Part shown: in pieces, positions 22,400 to 30,426 of the stretch
Layout: the number at the start of each line of letters is the position of its first letter
Position numbering within the stretch: position 1 is the first letter of the stretch
Source: Candidatus Uhrbacteria bacterium
GTDB taxonomy: Bacteria > Patescibacteriota > Patescibacteriia > UBA9934 > GWF2-40-263
Direction of reading: 5' to 3'
Length of the DNA: 64,000 nucleotides
Assembly (NCBI GenBank): GCA_016219925.1
Contig: JACRJU010000003.1
Span: forward strand, 22,505 to 86,504
Program-made: the position numbers and the translations under genes
The notes under the pieces: model-generated
Databases searched by the model: none
What the model saw: the letters and a program-made list of their open reading frames with translations, nothing else
What the model was told of the DNA's origin: nothing

Positions 22400-22690
22400 A
22401 TGCGCGAGCATACCTATTACGTTTACATTATTACCAATCTTTCCAACACGGTTTTGTATATCGGGATGACCAGTGATCTCGCGCGCAGGATGGACGCACA
22501 CCAAAGAAAAATTGTTTCTGGATTCGCGTCAAAATACAACTGCCGAAAGTTGGTTTATTATGATGCGACTGATGACGTGATGTCTGCGATTGAACGAGAA
22601 AAAGAGTTAAAGGGTTGGGTGAGAAGAAAAAAGATTGCACTGATTGAGCAGATGAATCCACAATGGAGGGATTTGTCGGAGGATTTTTAA
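22400..22690 (+). CDS. Small GIY-YIG nuclease family protein
   Basis: YYVYI..LYIGMT.DL.RR, AIEREKELKGW.R.KK..LI...NP.W.DL; 96 aa. Confidence 0.92.
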   Translation: MREHTYYVYIITNLSNTVLYIGMTSDLARRMDAHQRKIVSGFASKYNCRKLVYYDATDDVMSAIEREKELKGWVRRKKIALIEQMNPQWRDLSEDF

Positions 22691-22696
22691 ACCTGT

Positions 22697-22910
22697 GATC
22701 CTTCGGTCGGCTGTCGTCTCCCTCAGGATGACAGACGCTTCCGTCATCCCGACCGATGTTGCAACCCCTCGTCATCCTGAAGAAGTTTTTGACCCCCTGT
22801 CATCCTGAGGGAGTTTATATCGACTGAAGGATCCCGAGGTGTGTGGGATCCTTCGCTTCGTTCAGGATGACAGAAGTTTCGCTTAGGATGACAGATGAGT
22901 AAGATGACAA
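22697..22910. repeat. Cluster of REP-like palindromes right of the GIY-YIG gene
   Basis: Reverse unit 22697-22734; partial units at 22742 and 22770; doublet about 22797-22872 nearly identical to 22244-22324; trailing AGGATGACA remnants. Confidence 0.9.
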
Positions 22911-23019
22911 GAAAATGACCGGGCAATAAAAAAACGCCCGGTCGTGTCGTACGAACCGAGCAGTTGTGCTCACTTGTCGAAGGGCGAGCGAAGGATCTTC
23001 ATATCGATGAGCTTCTGCT

Positions 23020-23634
23020 CTACTCGACCAGGGTGAGGACGAAGATGTCGTTTGGGTCTAGACCGATCAAGGTGATTGTCTTGAGGTCATCCGAGATGTT
23101 CCCGGAGTCCTTGCCGTTGTAGTAGACGAGGTTGCTTCCGTGAACCAGGACACCATCGTCCCAGAGACCGTATACGACCATCTTCACGCCTTTGTCTCCG
23201 ATCTTTGTCTCGACCTCGTACGTACCGTTTCCAAAGCGGTACAACCCCTTCGGAGCAAGCCCCCAGTCGCCGGGCTGGTTCCAGACCACCGTGGTGGTCT
23301 TTTTCGGATCGCCCGTGGCCGTCTTGGGCAGGATCAGGTGCTTGGGGCACCTGATCTGCACCGTGACTACGCCGGTGACGCTCGCCTCGCACGTGCTTAC
23401 GCTCGAGCAGGCGAGGTTCTCGTCGAAGTAGAAGTCTCCGACTAATGGCTTGCCGGTCAGGTCGTTCGGGGCGGTCGCAAGAACCAGCCCCGACTGGTTG
23501 GTGTTGTCGCCAGCATCGGCTCCGCAGCCTCCCTTCTTCTGGCAGTTCGCCAGGTCGCGGGCGGCCTGATCGTCGGTGCCGCACCCCATCGCAAGCGCGA
23601 GGGGCACGCAAAGGACGAGAATGCGCTGCATCAT
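23020..23634 (-). CDS. Putative lipoprotein, GC-rich
   Basis: Lipobox-like LAMGC after a hydrophobic stretch; AGGAGAG SD upstream. Confidence 0.7.
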   Translation of the reverse strand: MMQRILVLCVPLALAMGCGTDDQAARDLANCQKKGGCGADAGDNTNQSGLVLATAPNDLTGKPLVGDFYFDENLACSSVSTCEASVTGVVTVQIRCPKHLILPKTATGDPKKTTTVVWNQPGDWGLAPKGLYRFGNGTYEVETKIGDKGVKMVVYGLWDDGVLVHGSNLVYYNGKDSGNISDDLKTITLIGLDPNDIFVLTLVE

Positions 23635-23675
23635 CGTACTCTCCTATGCTTACCCCAGTAATGGGGGTCAACTTC

Positions 23676-23763
23676 ATTTGACCCTATTTTTGTGATTTTG
23701 TCAAGCTTTCCGGCCATATCCTAGCCGTGCTATATTGACGGTGCGGGGAAAATAAGGTAAAAA
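23676..23763. promoter_or_regulatory. Divergent sigma70-type promoters
   Basis: Minus: TTGACA (23704-23699), 17 nt, TCAAAT. Plus: TTGACG (23735-23740), 17 nt, TAAAAA. Confidence 0.5.
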
Positions 23764-23800
23764 ATTCCCTCGCTCTTTCCAAGCGAGCTGGGAGGTTCGG

Positions 23801-24745
23801 ATGCGTTTTTCCACCCTGTTCTGCGCTATCGCGCTGTCCTTCGCGTCCGTGCCGGCCCGCGCGCTGTGCATCAAGGACGCCACCGTCACCGAGCTGATGG
23901 ACGCTGGCCGGAAGGCCGAGCAGGCCTTTAGCCTGGGCGACCTCAAGCACCTGCACAACCAGGCCACCCTCGCACGCGAGGAGATCATCCCGTGTCTCAA
24001 GACGCCGCTTGCCCCCAAGGAAGTGGCGGCCTTTCATCGGCTGATGGCTCTGGACGCGCTCACCCGCTACAACTTCAAGCGGGTAGTCAGCGAATATCAC
24101 GCCGCGCGCCGTCTCGATCCGGGATACATCATCCCGCCCGAGGTGGCCGAAGGTGATCACCCGCTCATCGGCTACTATGCCGACTCCGCCAACGTTCCCG
24201 ACGGTATGGCCGAGCCCGTGTTCGCCCCCGAGGGCGGCTACGTGCTGGTCGGCGGGGTTCGCAACGCTCCGCGCCTGTCGGAGACGCCGGTTGTCATCCA
24301 GGTCTACGGACCGGGAAACGTCTGGGTCGAGACGCGTTACTTCCTCCCCGGGGAGAAGCTCCCCACATGGGGGAAGAACCTGTTCGGCGTTTCGGCCAAG
24401 GACCTCGGCATCGACACCACGCCTCTGTGGCAGAAGCCGACGCCGTGGTACGTCTCGGCCGGCGTATCCGCCGCGCTTGCGGCGGTATTCTATGGCCTGG
24501 CCATGAGCGAAAAGTCGAAGTTCAACAATGTGGGGACCGCGGACAGCGAACTTGCGTCGCACCGCGACCGTGCCAACGGTTTCGGCGTCACCTCGCTGAC
24601 CACCGCAGGGATCGCCGTGATCCTCACTGGTGTCGGCGTGGGCGTTCAGATCCACTTCGGCGGCCAGGACAAACCTTCCATCGCGCCGTCGGCCATGGGG
24701 CTGATGAGTCTGCGCGGACCCTTTGCCACGGGGGTGGATCAATGA
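23801..24745 (+). CDS. Exported protein with helical (TPR-like) N-domain and C-terminal hydrophobic hairpin, myxobacterial style
   Basis: Signal peptide ending ARA; PCL..P....A.FHR..AL...AARRLDP.Y..P...GDHPL; two C-terminal hydrophobic segments; GGGAGG SD. Confidence 0.7.
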   Translation: MRFSTLFCAIALSFASVPARALCIKDATVTELMDAGRKAEQAFSLGDLKHLHNQATLAREEIIPCLKTPLAPKEVAAFHRLMALDALTRYNFKRVVSEYHAARRLDPGYIIPPEVAEGDHPLIGYYADSANVPDGMAEPVFAPEGGYVLVGGVRNAPRLSETPVVIQVYGPGNVWVETRYFLPGEKLPTWGKNLFGVSAKDLGIDTTPLWQKPTPWYVSAGVSAALAAVFYGLAMSEKSKFNNVGTADSELASHRDRANGFGVTSLTTAGIAVILTGVGVGVQIHFGGQDKPSIAPSAMGLMSLRGPFATGVDQ

Positions 24746-26580
24746 GCAGTCACCCCTCGATGGACATCGAAGCGATTCGGGCCGCATTTGCCGCGCACCG
24801 CGCCGGCCGCTTCCGCATCGACCACTTTGTCGGCAAGGGCGGCATGGGTACGGTATTCTCGGGATTCGATCGCGAGTTCGACCTGCCATGTGCCATCAAG
24901 GTCGTCAACCTTGAGATGCTCGAACGGCCGGACGTCCTCGCGCGGTTCATGTCCGAGGCGAGGATCATGCGCCGCATTCGTCACGGAGCGGTTGTGCAGG
25001 TCTACGATCTGGACCGTTTGCCCGGGGATCTGCCCTTCATCGTTCAGGAATGGATTGAGGGCGGGAGCCTGTCGGGCTACGTGACAAGTCACGGTCCTCT
25101 GTCGCCGGAGATGGCAATCAACGTCATGGTGATCGTCTGCACGGGCATCGAGGAGGCTCATGCCCAAGGCGTGATCCACCGCGACATCAAGGCCGACAAC
25201 ATCTTGCTCACTCCTGAGGGGTACCCCAAGGTCACCGACTTCGGGATCGCCATGATGGAAACCGGGCGCACCCGTCTCACTCAAGATGGAGCGGGCATGG
25301 GGACGCTCGGCCACATGGCGCCTGAACAGATGCAACAGGCGAAGGATGTGGACGAACGCGCCGATGTGCATGCGCTGGGCGTCACATTGTGGGAGATTCT
25401 GACGGGGCAGAAGCCGCCGCCGGGACTCTTCTTCAGCGTTTCGCTCGACTCCGATCCCTTCTTGCTCAACGGGGTTCCCGATGAACTTGTGGTGATCATC
25501 AAGCGCGCAACAGAGATCAGGCGTGAAGCACGCTACCAGAACGTGGCGGAACTGCGCCTCGATCTCGAGACGGCCCGTCCGTCCTTCAACCGGACAGGCA
25601 GGACACAGCTCACGCACGGCTCCGCGCTGGATTCGACAGTTTCCCAGCCAGCGCTTCCGGTGCCTTCGCCATCGAGCCTGCATCCTCCGACAACCACGCA
25701 GACCCCGCCTGTCGTGAATCCTGTCGCCATTGTGGCGCGCCGGATTTCTCGACCTTCGAGCGCACCGCCCGCTTCGTCTGCTGGTCAGGATGATGACCCC
25801 ATCGCTCTGGCAGACACGCACATGGGCGGTGACGGGCATCTCGCTGATGACGTCAGTGCTCCTCTCGAAGAGGTACAGCGCGCGCGTCGTCGTTCGCAGG
25901 TGCGCTTCGTCGGGATCGTCGCGGCCGCACTGTTCATCGGTGGTCTGGCCGCGTGGGCGTTCATGGGACGTCCTTCTCCGGATTCCACCATACCGGCGGT
26001 TAGCGTGCTTGAGCCCCAGCTGGAGCCCAAAGCAAGTCCTGCAACGCCAGTTCCACACGAGCCCGAGGCCACTGCGCTCCCGAGCACGCGCGCTAGTGTT
26101 GAACCGGCACCTGTCATCCCCACTGAACTGCCGACGAGTCCGACGACTCCGGTCGTTGAAAAGGCACCCATGGTCGAGCCGGTCGCTCCGCACGCGCCGG
26201 ATCGCACGGCCAAATACCTCGACGTGTTGGCGGATCACCACGGCAAACAGGGTAAGCCGATCAAGCCGATCAAGCCGGACAAGCATCACCGCGGCGCCAG
26301 TGTGGATGCTCAAGCTACTGGTCAAGTCAAAGCCTCCGAGCCTGACAACGCGCCAGTGCGCGTGAGTGTCTTTTTCCCAGAAGGCGATTCCATCACAGTC
26401 TGGCTGGTCGGGCCGTCTGGACGCCGGACGCTTCCGACAAGCGTCCCGCCCGGCATCTATAAGGTGGTCGGCGATTTCCCAAGCGGGGAACGCACGGCCA
26501 TCTCCGCGCTCACGATCGAAGCGGGCAAGCCGGTGAAGATCACCTGCATCCCGCAAGTCGTGAAGTGCCACGTCCGCTGA
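24742..26580 (+). CDS. Hanks-type Ser/Thr protein kinase with TM, Pro-rich linker and C-terminal beta domain
   Basis: GKGGMG, AIK, HRDIKADN, DFG, MAPEQ, DVHALG; ATG 24742 overlaps upstream stop (ATGA). Confidence 0.95.
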   Translation: MSSHPSMDIEAIRAAFAAHRAGRFRIDHFVGKGGMGTVFSGFDREFDLPCAIKVVNLEMLERPDVLARFMSEARIMRRIRHGAVVQVYDLDRLPGDLPFIVQEWIEGGSLSGYVTSHGPLSPEMAINVMVIVCTGIEEAHAQGVIHRDIKADNILLTPEGYPKVTDFGIAMMETGRTRLTQDGAGMGTLGHMAPEQMQQAKDVDERADVHALGVTLWEILTGQKPPPGLFFSVSLDSDPFLLNGVPDELVVIIKRATEIRREARYQNVAELRLDLETARPSFNRTGRTQLTHGSALDSTVSQPALPVPSPSSLHPPTTTQTPPVVNPVAIVARRISRPSSAPPASSAGQDDDPIALADTHMGGDGHLADDVSAPLEEVQRARRRSQVRFVGIVAAALFIGGLAAWAFMGRPSPDSTIPAVSVLEPQLEPKASPATPVPHEPEATALPSTRASVEPAPVIPTELPTSPTTPVVEKAPMVEPVAPHAPDRTAKYLDVLADHHGKQGKPIKPIKPDKHHRGASVDAQATGQVKASEPDNAPVRVSVFFPEGDSITVWLVGPSGRRTLPTSVPPGIYKVVGDFPSGERTAISALTIEAGKPVKITCIPQVVKCHVR

Positions 26581-26607
26581 CGAGGGTCTCATTCCCTCGT
26601 TTTTTTG
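26580..26607 (+). terminator. Intrinsic terminator
   Basis: ACGAGGG-TCTCATT-CCCTCGT followed by a T-run. Confidence 0.7.
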
Positions 26608-26655
26608 TTGCAAAACCTGCGGCTTTGAGGCATCATTGGGGAGAACCATTCTCCT

Positions 26656-27933
26656 ATGCTCGACATCAAAATCTTGAGAGACGATCCGGAAAAAGTAAAA
26701 CTCGCTTGCAAAAACAAAAACGCGGACGTGGATATCGACCGCGTGTTGACGCTCGACAGCGAGCGCCGTCGTTTGCGTGGAGAAATTGATGAGCTTAATC
26801 AGGAGCGAAAGAAAGCGGCGCAGGCAAAGGACATCGAAGAGGGCAAGCGTCTTAAGGGGTATGGAAGTGAACTTGAGGCGCAGTTGAACGCGATTGAGAC
26901 AGAGTTCACGACGTTGATGCTTTCTATCCCGAACCTGCCAAGCGATGATACTCCAGTTGGCAAAGATGAAGCAGAAAATGTGGTGTTGCGAAATTGGGGG
27001 GAGCCGCCAGAGTTCGATTTTGTTCCAAAAGATCATCTGACGATCGGCAGTGCGCTTGGACTCATCGACAGCGAAAAGGCTGTGCAGGTTTCCGGGGTGC
27101 GTTTTACGTATCTCAAGGGCGCGGCCGTTCTGCTTCAGTACGCGTTGGCTCAATTGGCTTTTTCCGTTTTGACGGATCAAGACGAACTTCAGGCTATCAT
27201 CAAAAAAGCGAAGCTCTCCGTAAGCGCCAAACCGTTTACTCCGGTTGCGCCACCGCTCATGATTCGGCCTGATGTGTTTCAAAAGATGGCGCGTCTGGAA
27301 CCCAAAGAGGAGCGCTATTATATCCCATCCGACGACGCCTTTTTGATCGGAAGCGCGGAACATACTCTTGGGCCGCTGCACATGGGCGAGACGCTCAAAG
27401 AGGCCGAACTTCCAGCGCGTTACGTGGCATTCACACCAGCGTTTCGTCGCGAAGCCGGATCCTACGGCAAGGACACCAAAGGGATTTTGCGTCTGCATCA
27501 ATTTGATAAAGTTGAGATGGAATCGTTTAGCACTCCAGACAATGGTCTCGCCGAGCAGGATTTTTTTGTGGCTTTGCAAGAGCACTTCATGCAAACACTC
27601 GACCTTCCGTATCAAGTCGTAATGACATGTACAGGCGATCAAGGCGACCCCGACGCGCGCCATCTCGACATTGAGACGTGGATGCCGGGGCAGGGGAAGT
27701 ATCGAGAAACGCACTCGGCGGATTATATGACGGATTATCAAGCGCGTCGGCTCAACACGAAAGTGAAGCGCGCGGATGGCTCTTTGTCGTTCGTGCACAT
27801 GAATGATGCAACAGCTTTCGCGGTTGGACGAACCCTGATTGCTATTTTGGAAAATTACCAAAACGCAGATGGCAGTGTGACGGTGCCCGAGGCTCTTGCG
27901 GAACTGGTCGGTTTTGGACTGCTGACGGCGTAG
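26656..27933 (+). CDS. serS: Serine--tRNA ligase
   Basis: MLDIK, FRREAGSYGKDTKGILRLHQFDKVE, DYQARRL, ILENYQ. Confidence 0.98.
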   Translation: MLDIKILRDDPEKVKLACKNKNADVDIDRVLTLDSERRRLRGEIDELNQERKKAAQAKDIEEGKRLKGYGSELEAQLNAIETEFTTLMLSIPNLPSDDTPVGKDEAENVVLRNWGEPPEFDFVPKDHLTIGSALGLIDSEKAVQVSGVRFTYLKGAAVLLQYALAQLAFSVLTDQDELQAIIKKAKLSVSAKPFTPVAPPLMIRPDVFQKMARLEPKEERYYIPSDDAFLIGSAEHTLGPLHMGETLKEAELPARYVAFTPAFRREAGSYGKDTKGILRLHQFDKVEMESFSTPDNGLAEQDFFVALQEHFMQTLDLPYQVVMTCTGDQGDPDARHLDIETWMPGQGKYRETHSADYMTDYQARRLNTKVKRADGSLSFVHMNDATAFAVGRTLIAILENYQNADGSVTVPEALAELVGFGLLTA

Positions 27934-27971
27934 TGTTATACACATTGCGACAATCGTTTTATAGAGAAAAG

Positions 27972-28000
27972 AAAAATGCGCGTTAACCTCGCGCATTTTT
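27972..28000. terminator. Bidirectional terminator-like hairpin
   Basis: AAAAATGCGCG-TTAACCT-CGCGCATTTTT. Confidence 0.7.
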
Positions 28001-28104
28001 GATAGATAAATTTTGTTTATGATTTATAACAGTTTCCAATTTTTACGCTCATTTTAGCTAAAAAATGATTGACAGATAAGCTGTTTTTTGATGTGATGAT
28101 AACA

Positions 28105-28350
28105 GATCGCAACACACCGAACAGTTCTGTCTTGATCGAAGACGAAGTCGCAGATTATGTGACACACCCTTCAGAAACGGCAACACGGGTCTGTCGGTGC
28201 GATCCAAAACGATGCGCTGAATTGGGAGGCAGAGCATCGGACTCACCCACACGCATGGATTGTTCATCTGTGTGACATGAGTCAACACACTCGCGTCGGT
28301 GCGCGCAGGTCCTCGCGCATCCGGCGAGGAGGTTGACTCAATCTCCTCGT
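28105..28350 (+). ncRNA. Candidate structured 5' leader RNA of the M23 gene
   Basis: Multi-stem junction 28105-28204 plus four further hairpins, downstream of TTGACA at 28069. Confidence 0.45.
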
Positions 28351-28379
28351 GGCGTTCTTTCAAAACAAGGAGAGCGATC

Positions 28380-30362
28380 ATGAGGTCCACCGGATTTGCG
28401 TTCGTGTACTTCATCCTGATGGTCATCGCTGGTTCGTGCGTGGCCCTGGCCACGTCGTGCGGCACGATCGAAGCGCAGATGGACAGCTCGGGCGTCTATG
28501 GCGACGTCGGCGGCGGTGGCGGACAGGTGGTCATGCATCTGCCGTTCTCCCGCGAGCTCTCGACCGAGTGCGTGCAGGGCGTGAACGGGGCTCACAGCCA
28601 CCGTAGCCGCTCCACGCACTTCGATCTGGACCTCGATACCTCAAACGTGGCCGACGAGCCGGTGTTCGCTCCGGTGTCCGGCATCGCGCGCGTGCACACC
28701 GAAGACCCGTCGCGCAACTTCGGCAACCACGTGAACATCGACAACGGCGACGGAACTTACGTCGTGTGCGCGCATCTGCGCATCGCGGTCGTCAAAGATG
28801 ACCAGGAAGTCGCGCAGGGCGAGCTGATCGGCTACGAAGGATGCACGAGTAACTGTACCGGCGATCATGTGCACATCGGTCTGCATCGTGGCGATGCGGG
28901 CAAGATGGCGCAGATGGGCGAGTCCATCCCGTCGGCGTTCTTCGTCGCCCGCGCCAGCAGCCCGCGCGGGTTTGCCGTTATCGAAGGCAAAGACTTCATG
29001 TGCGGCATCCGCGCCATGGGCGACGATCGCGACGGTCTGTTCTACAGCTCCGCGCTCGACACGCCTCTGTTCCATCCCAACGGCTCGCTCGTGAAGCTTG
29101 CGCTCGACCCGCGGGTGTATCGCATCGACAACGGTCTGGTGCGCCACATCGCAAACGAAGACGTGTTCCGCAGTTACAGCTACACCTTCGAAGATGTCGC
29201 TCTGATCTCCGATGAGGAGATGACTTGTTACGGGGAGGGGAGCGAGATCAGCGAGCACGGCATGGTCAACGCGGTCAATGGTCCGGATGGTGCGCTTTGG
29301 CTCGTAGTCGGCATGTGGGACAGCCCGGCTCGTTACCGCATCCGTATCCGTCAGCAGGGTTGGGAGCAGGTCGTGCGCTCTTGGGGACTCGAGTATGACG
29401 GCATGGATGTCCCCCTTTTCATCGATGTGACTCACGGGTACTGGGTGCATTGGAACGAACGCCCGGGGTATGCGAAGTTTCGCGATGGCACGCTCGTGAA
29501 GGAACGCCGACGCTCGGACATCTACGTCATCTCCGACGGGGTGGCCGTGCCGATCCGCGACTGGGAGACCTATCTCTTGCTCGGCTTTGCCGATCGGACG
29601 TTCCTGACGGTCGGGCCCGGAGTGGTCGCGCAGGTGATGGGATCGGTGGGAAGCTGTAACGGTTCGAGCTGGTGCTTGGATCGGGAGGCGGCGTTCATCT
29701 GCGCAGGAGGATTCGATGGTGAGCCTCCGGCTGACAACACCAAGCCGGGTCCCTCTTTGGATGAAGGCACCGCGCCGCAGGCGCATAGCCCACCGGACAA
29801 CTCCGTACCTCAAAACTCCAACATCCCCGCTCAAGACGACAACCGAGGCGGGACTCAAAATGATCCGTCCGCCGACCCGTCCGAGTCGACACCTCTCGCG
29901 CAGTCCTGCGAAGGCCGTGTGGGGTGCCTCATCGATGCTCGCGGTATCGGCATGGCGCAAACCCTTGCGCTTTCGGATCAGCTCTGGCTGGATCCTGCGA
30001 GCACGAGGTGGGACGCGTACCTGTACGGCTACGGGGACTGCTTCGACAGCTACCCCGACGGCCATCAAGTGATCCACTCCATCGGCGGCTTCTACCAGAT
30101 CGACTTCTCGAGCATCAATCGTTCGTGCACGATGCTCATGACCCTCATCTCCTCGATCGGAACGGACGGCTTGCCGCCCGATGAGCAGATGTCGAACTGG
30201 AATTGGTGGCAGAGCGAGACCTTGTGTCGTCCGGGCACCCCGATCTGCAACCTCATGAACAACGGAACTTCTTGGGAAGCGTGGCTGTTGTCGCTCGCGT
30301 GGGATCCGCAAACGGGTCTGACCGCAACCGGCAACGCGCTGACCAGCAACGCGCAACTCTAG
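28380..30362 (+). CDS. M23-family metallopeptidase lipoprotein with CPR-type repeat domains
   Basis: LATSC lipobox-like; H...DLD, FGNHV, CAHL, DHVHIG; repeats HPNGSLVK..RVY.I.NG and RDGTLVK..IYVI.DG; ATG 28380 after AAGGAGAG. Confidence 0.85.
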   Translation: MRSTGFAFVYFILMVIAGSCVALATSCGTIEAQMDSSGVYGDVGGGGGQVVMHLPFSRELSTECVQGVNGAHSHRSRSTHFDLDLDTSNVADEPVFAPVSGIARVHTEDPSRNFGNHVNIDNGDGTYVVCAHLRIAVVKDDQEVAQGELIGYEGCTSNCTGDHVHIGLHRGDAGKMAQMGESIPSAFFVARASSPRGFAVIEGKDFMCGIRAMGDDRDGLFYSSALDTPLFHPNGSLVKLALDPRVYRIDNGLVRHIANEDVFRSYSYTFEDVALISDEEMTCYGEGSEISEHGMVNAVNGPDGALWLVVGMWDSPARYRIRIRQQGWEQVVRSWGLEYDGMDVPLFIDVTHGYWVHWNERPGYAKFRDGTLVKERRRSDIYVISDGVAVPIRDWETYLLLGFADRTFLTVGPGVVAQVMGSVGSCNGSSWCLDREAAFICAGGFDGEPPADNTKPGPSLDEGTAPQAHSPPDNSVPQNSNIPAQDDNRGGTQNDPSADPSESTPLAQSCEGRVGCLIDARGIGMAQTLALSDQLWLDPASTRWDAYLYGYGDCFDSYPDGHQVIHSIGGFYQIDFSSINRSCTMLMTLISSIGTDGLPPDEQMSNWNWWQSETLCRPGTPICNLMNNGTSWEAWLLSLAWDPQTGLTATGNALTSNAQL

Positions 30363-30426
30363 CGCATCTCCTGTGCACAACATCTGTGCGCAGGTTTTTC
30401 GTTTTTCTGTTATAATTTGTGCAGTT

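Noticed and set aside
22244-22910. Possible CRISPR array
   Set aside because: Units occur in both orientations with irregular spacing, there are no unique constant-length spacers and no cas genes; REP-like instead.
24367-24741. N-terminal extension of the kinase in the ORF track
   Set aside because: Overlaps 23801..24745 in another frame; the ATGA-coupled start at 24742 fits better.
24739-27996. 1085-aa minus-strand ORF
   Set aside because: Antisense shadow of the kinase and serS, with no recognisable motifs.
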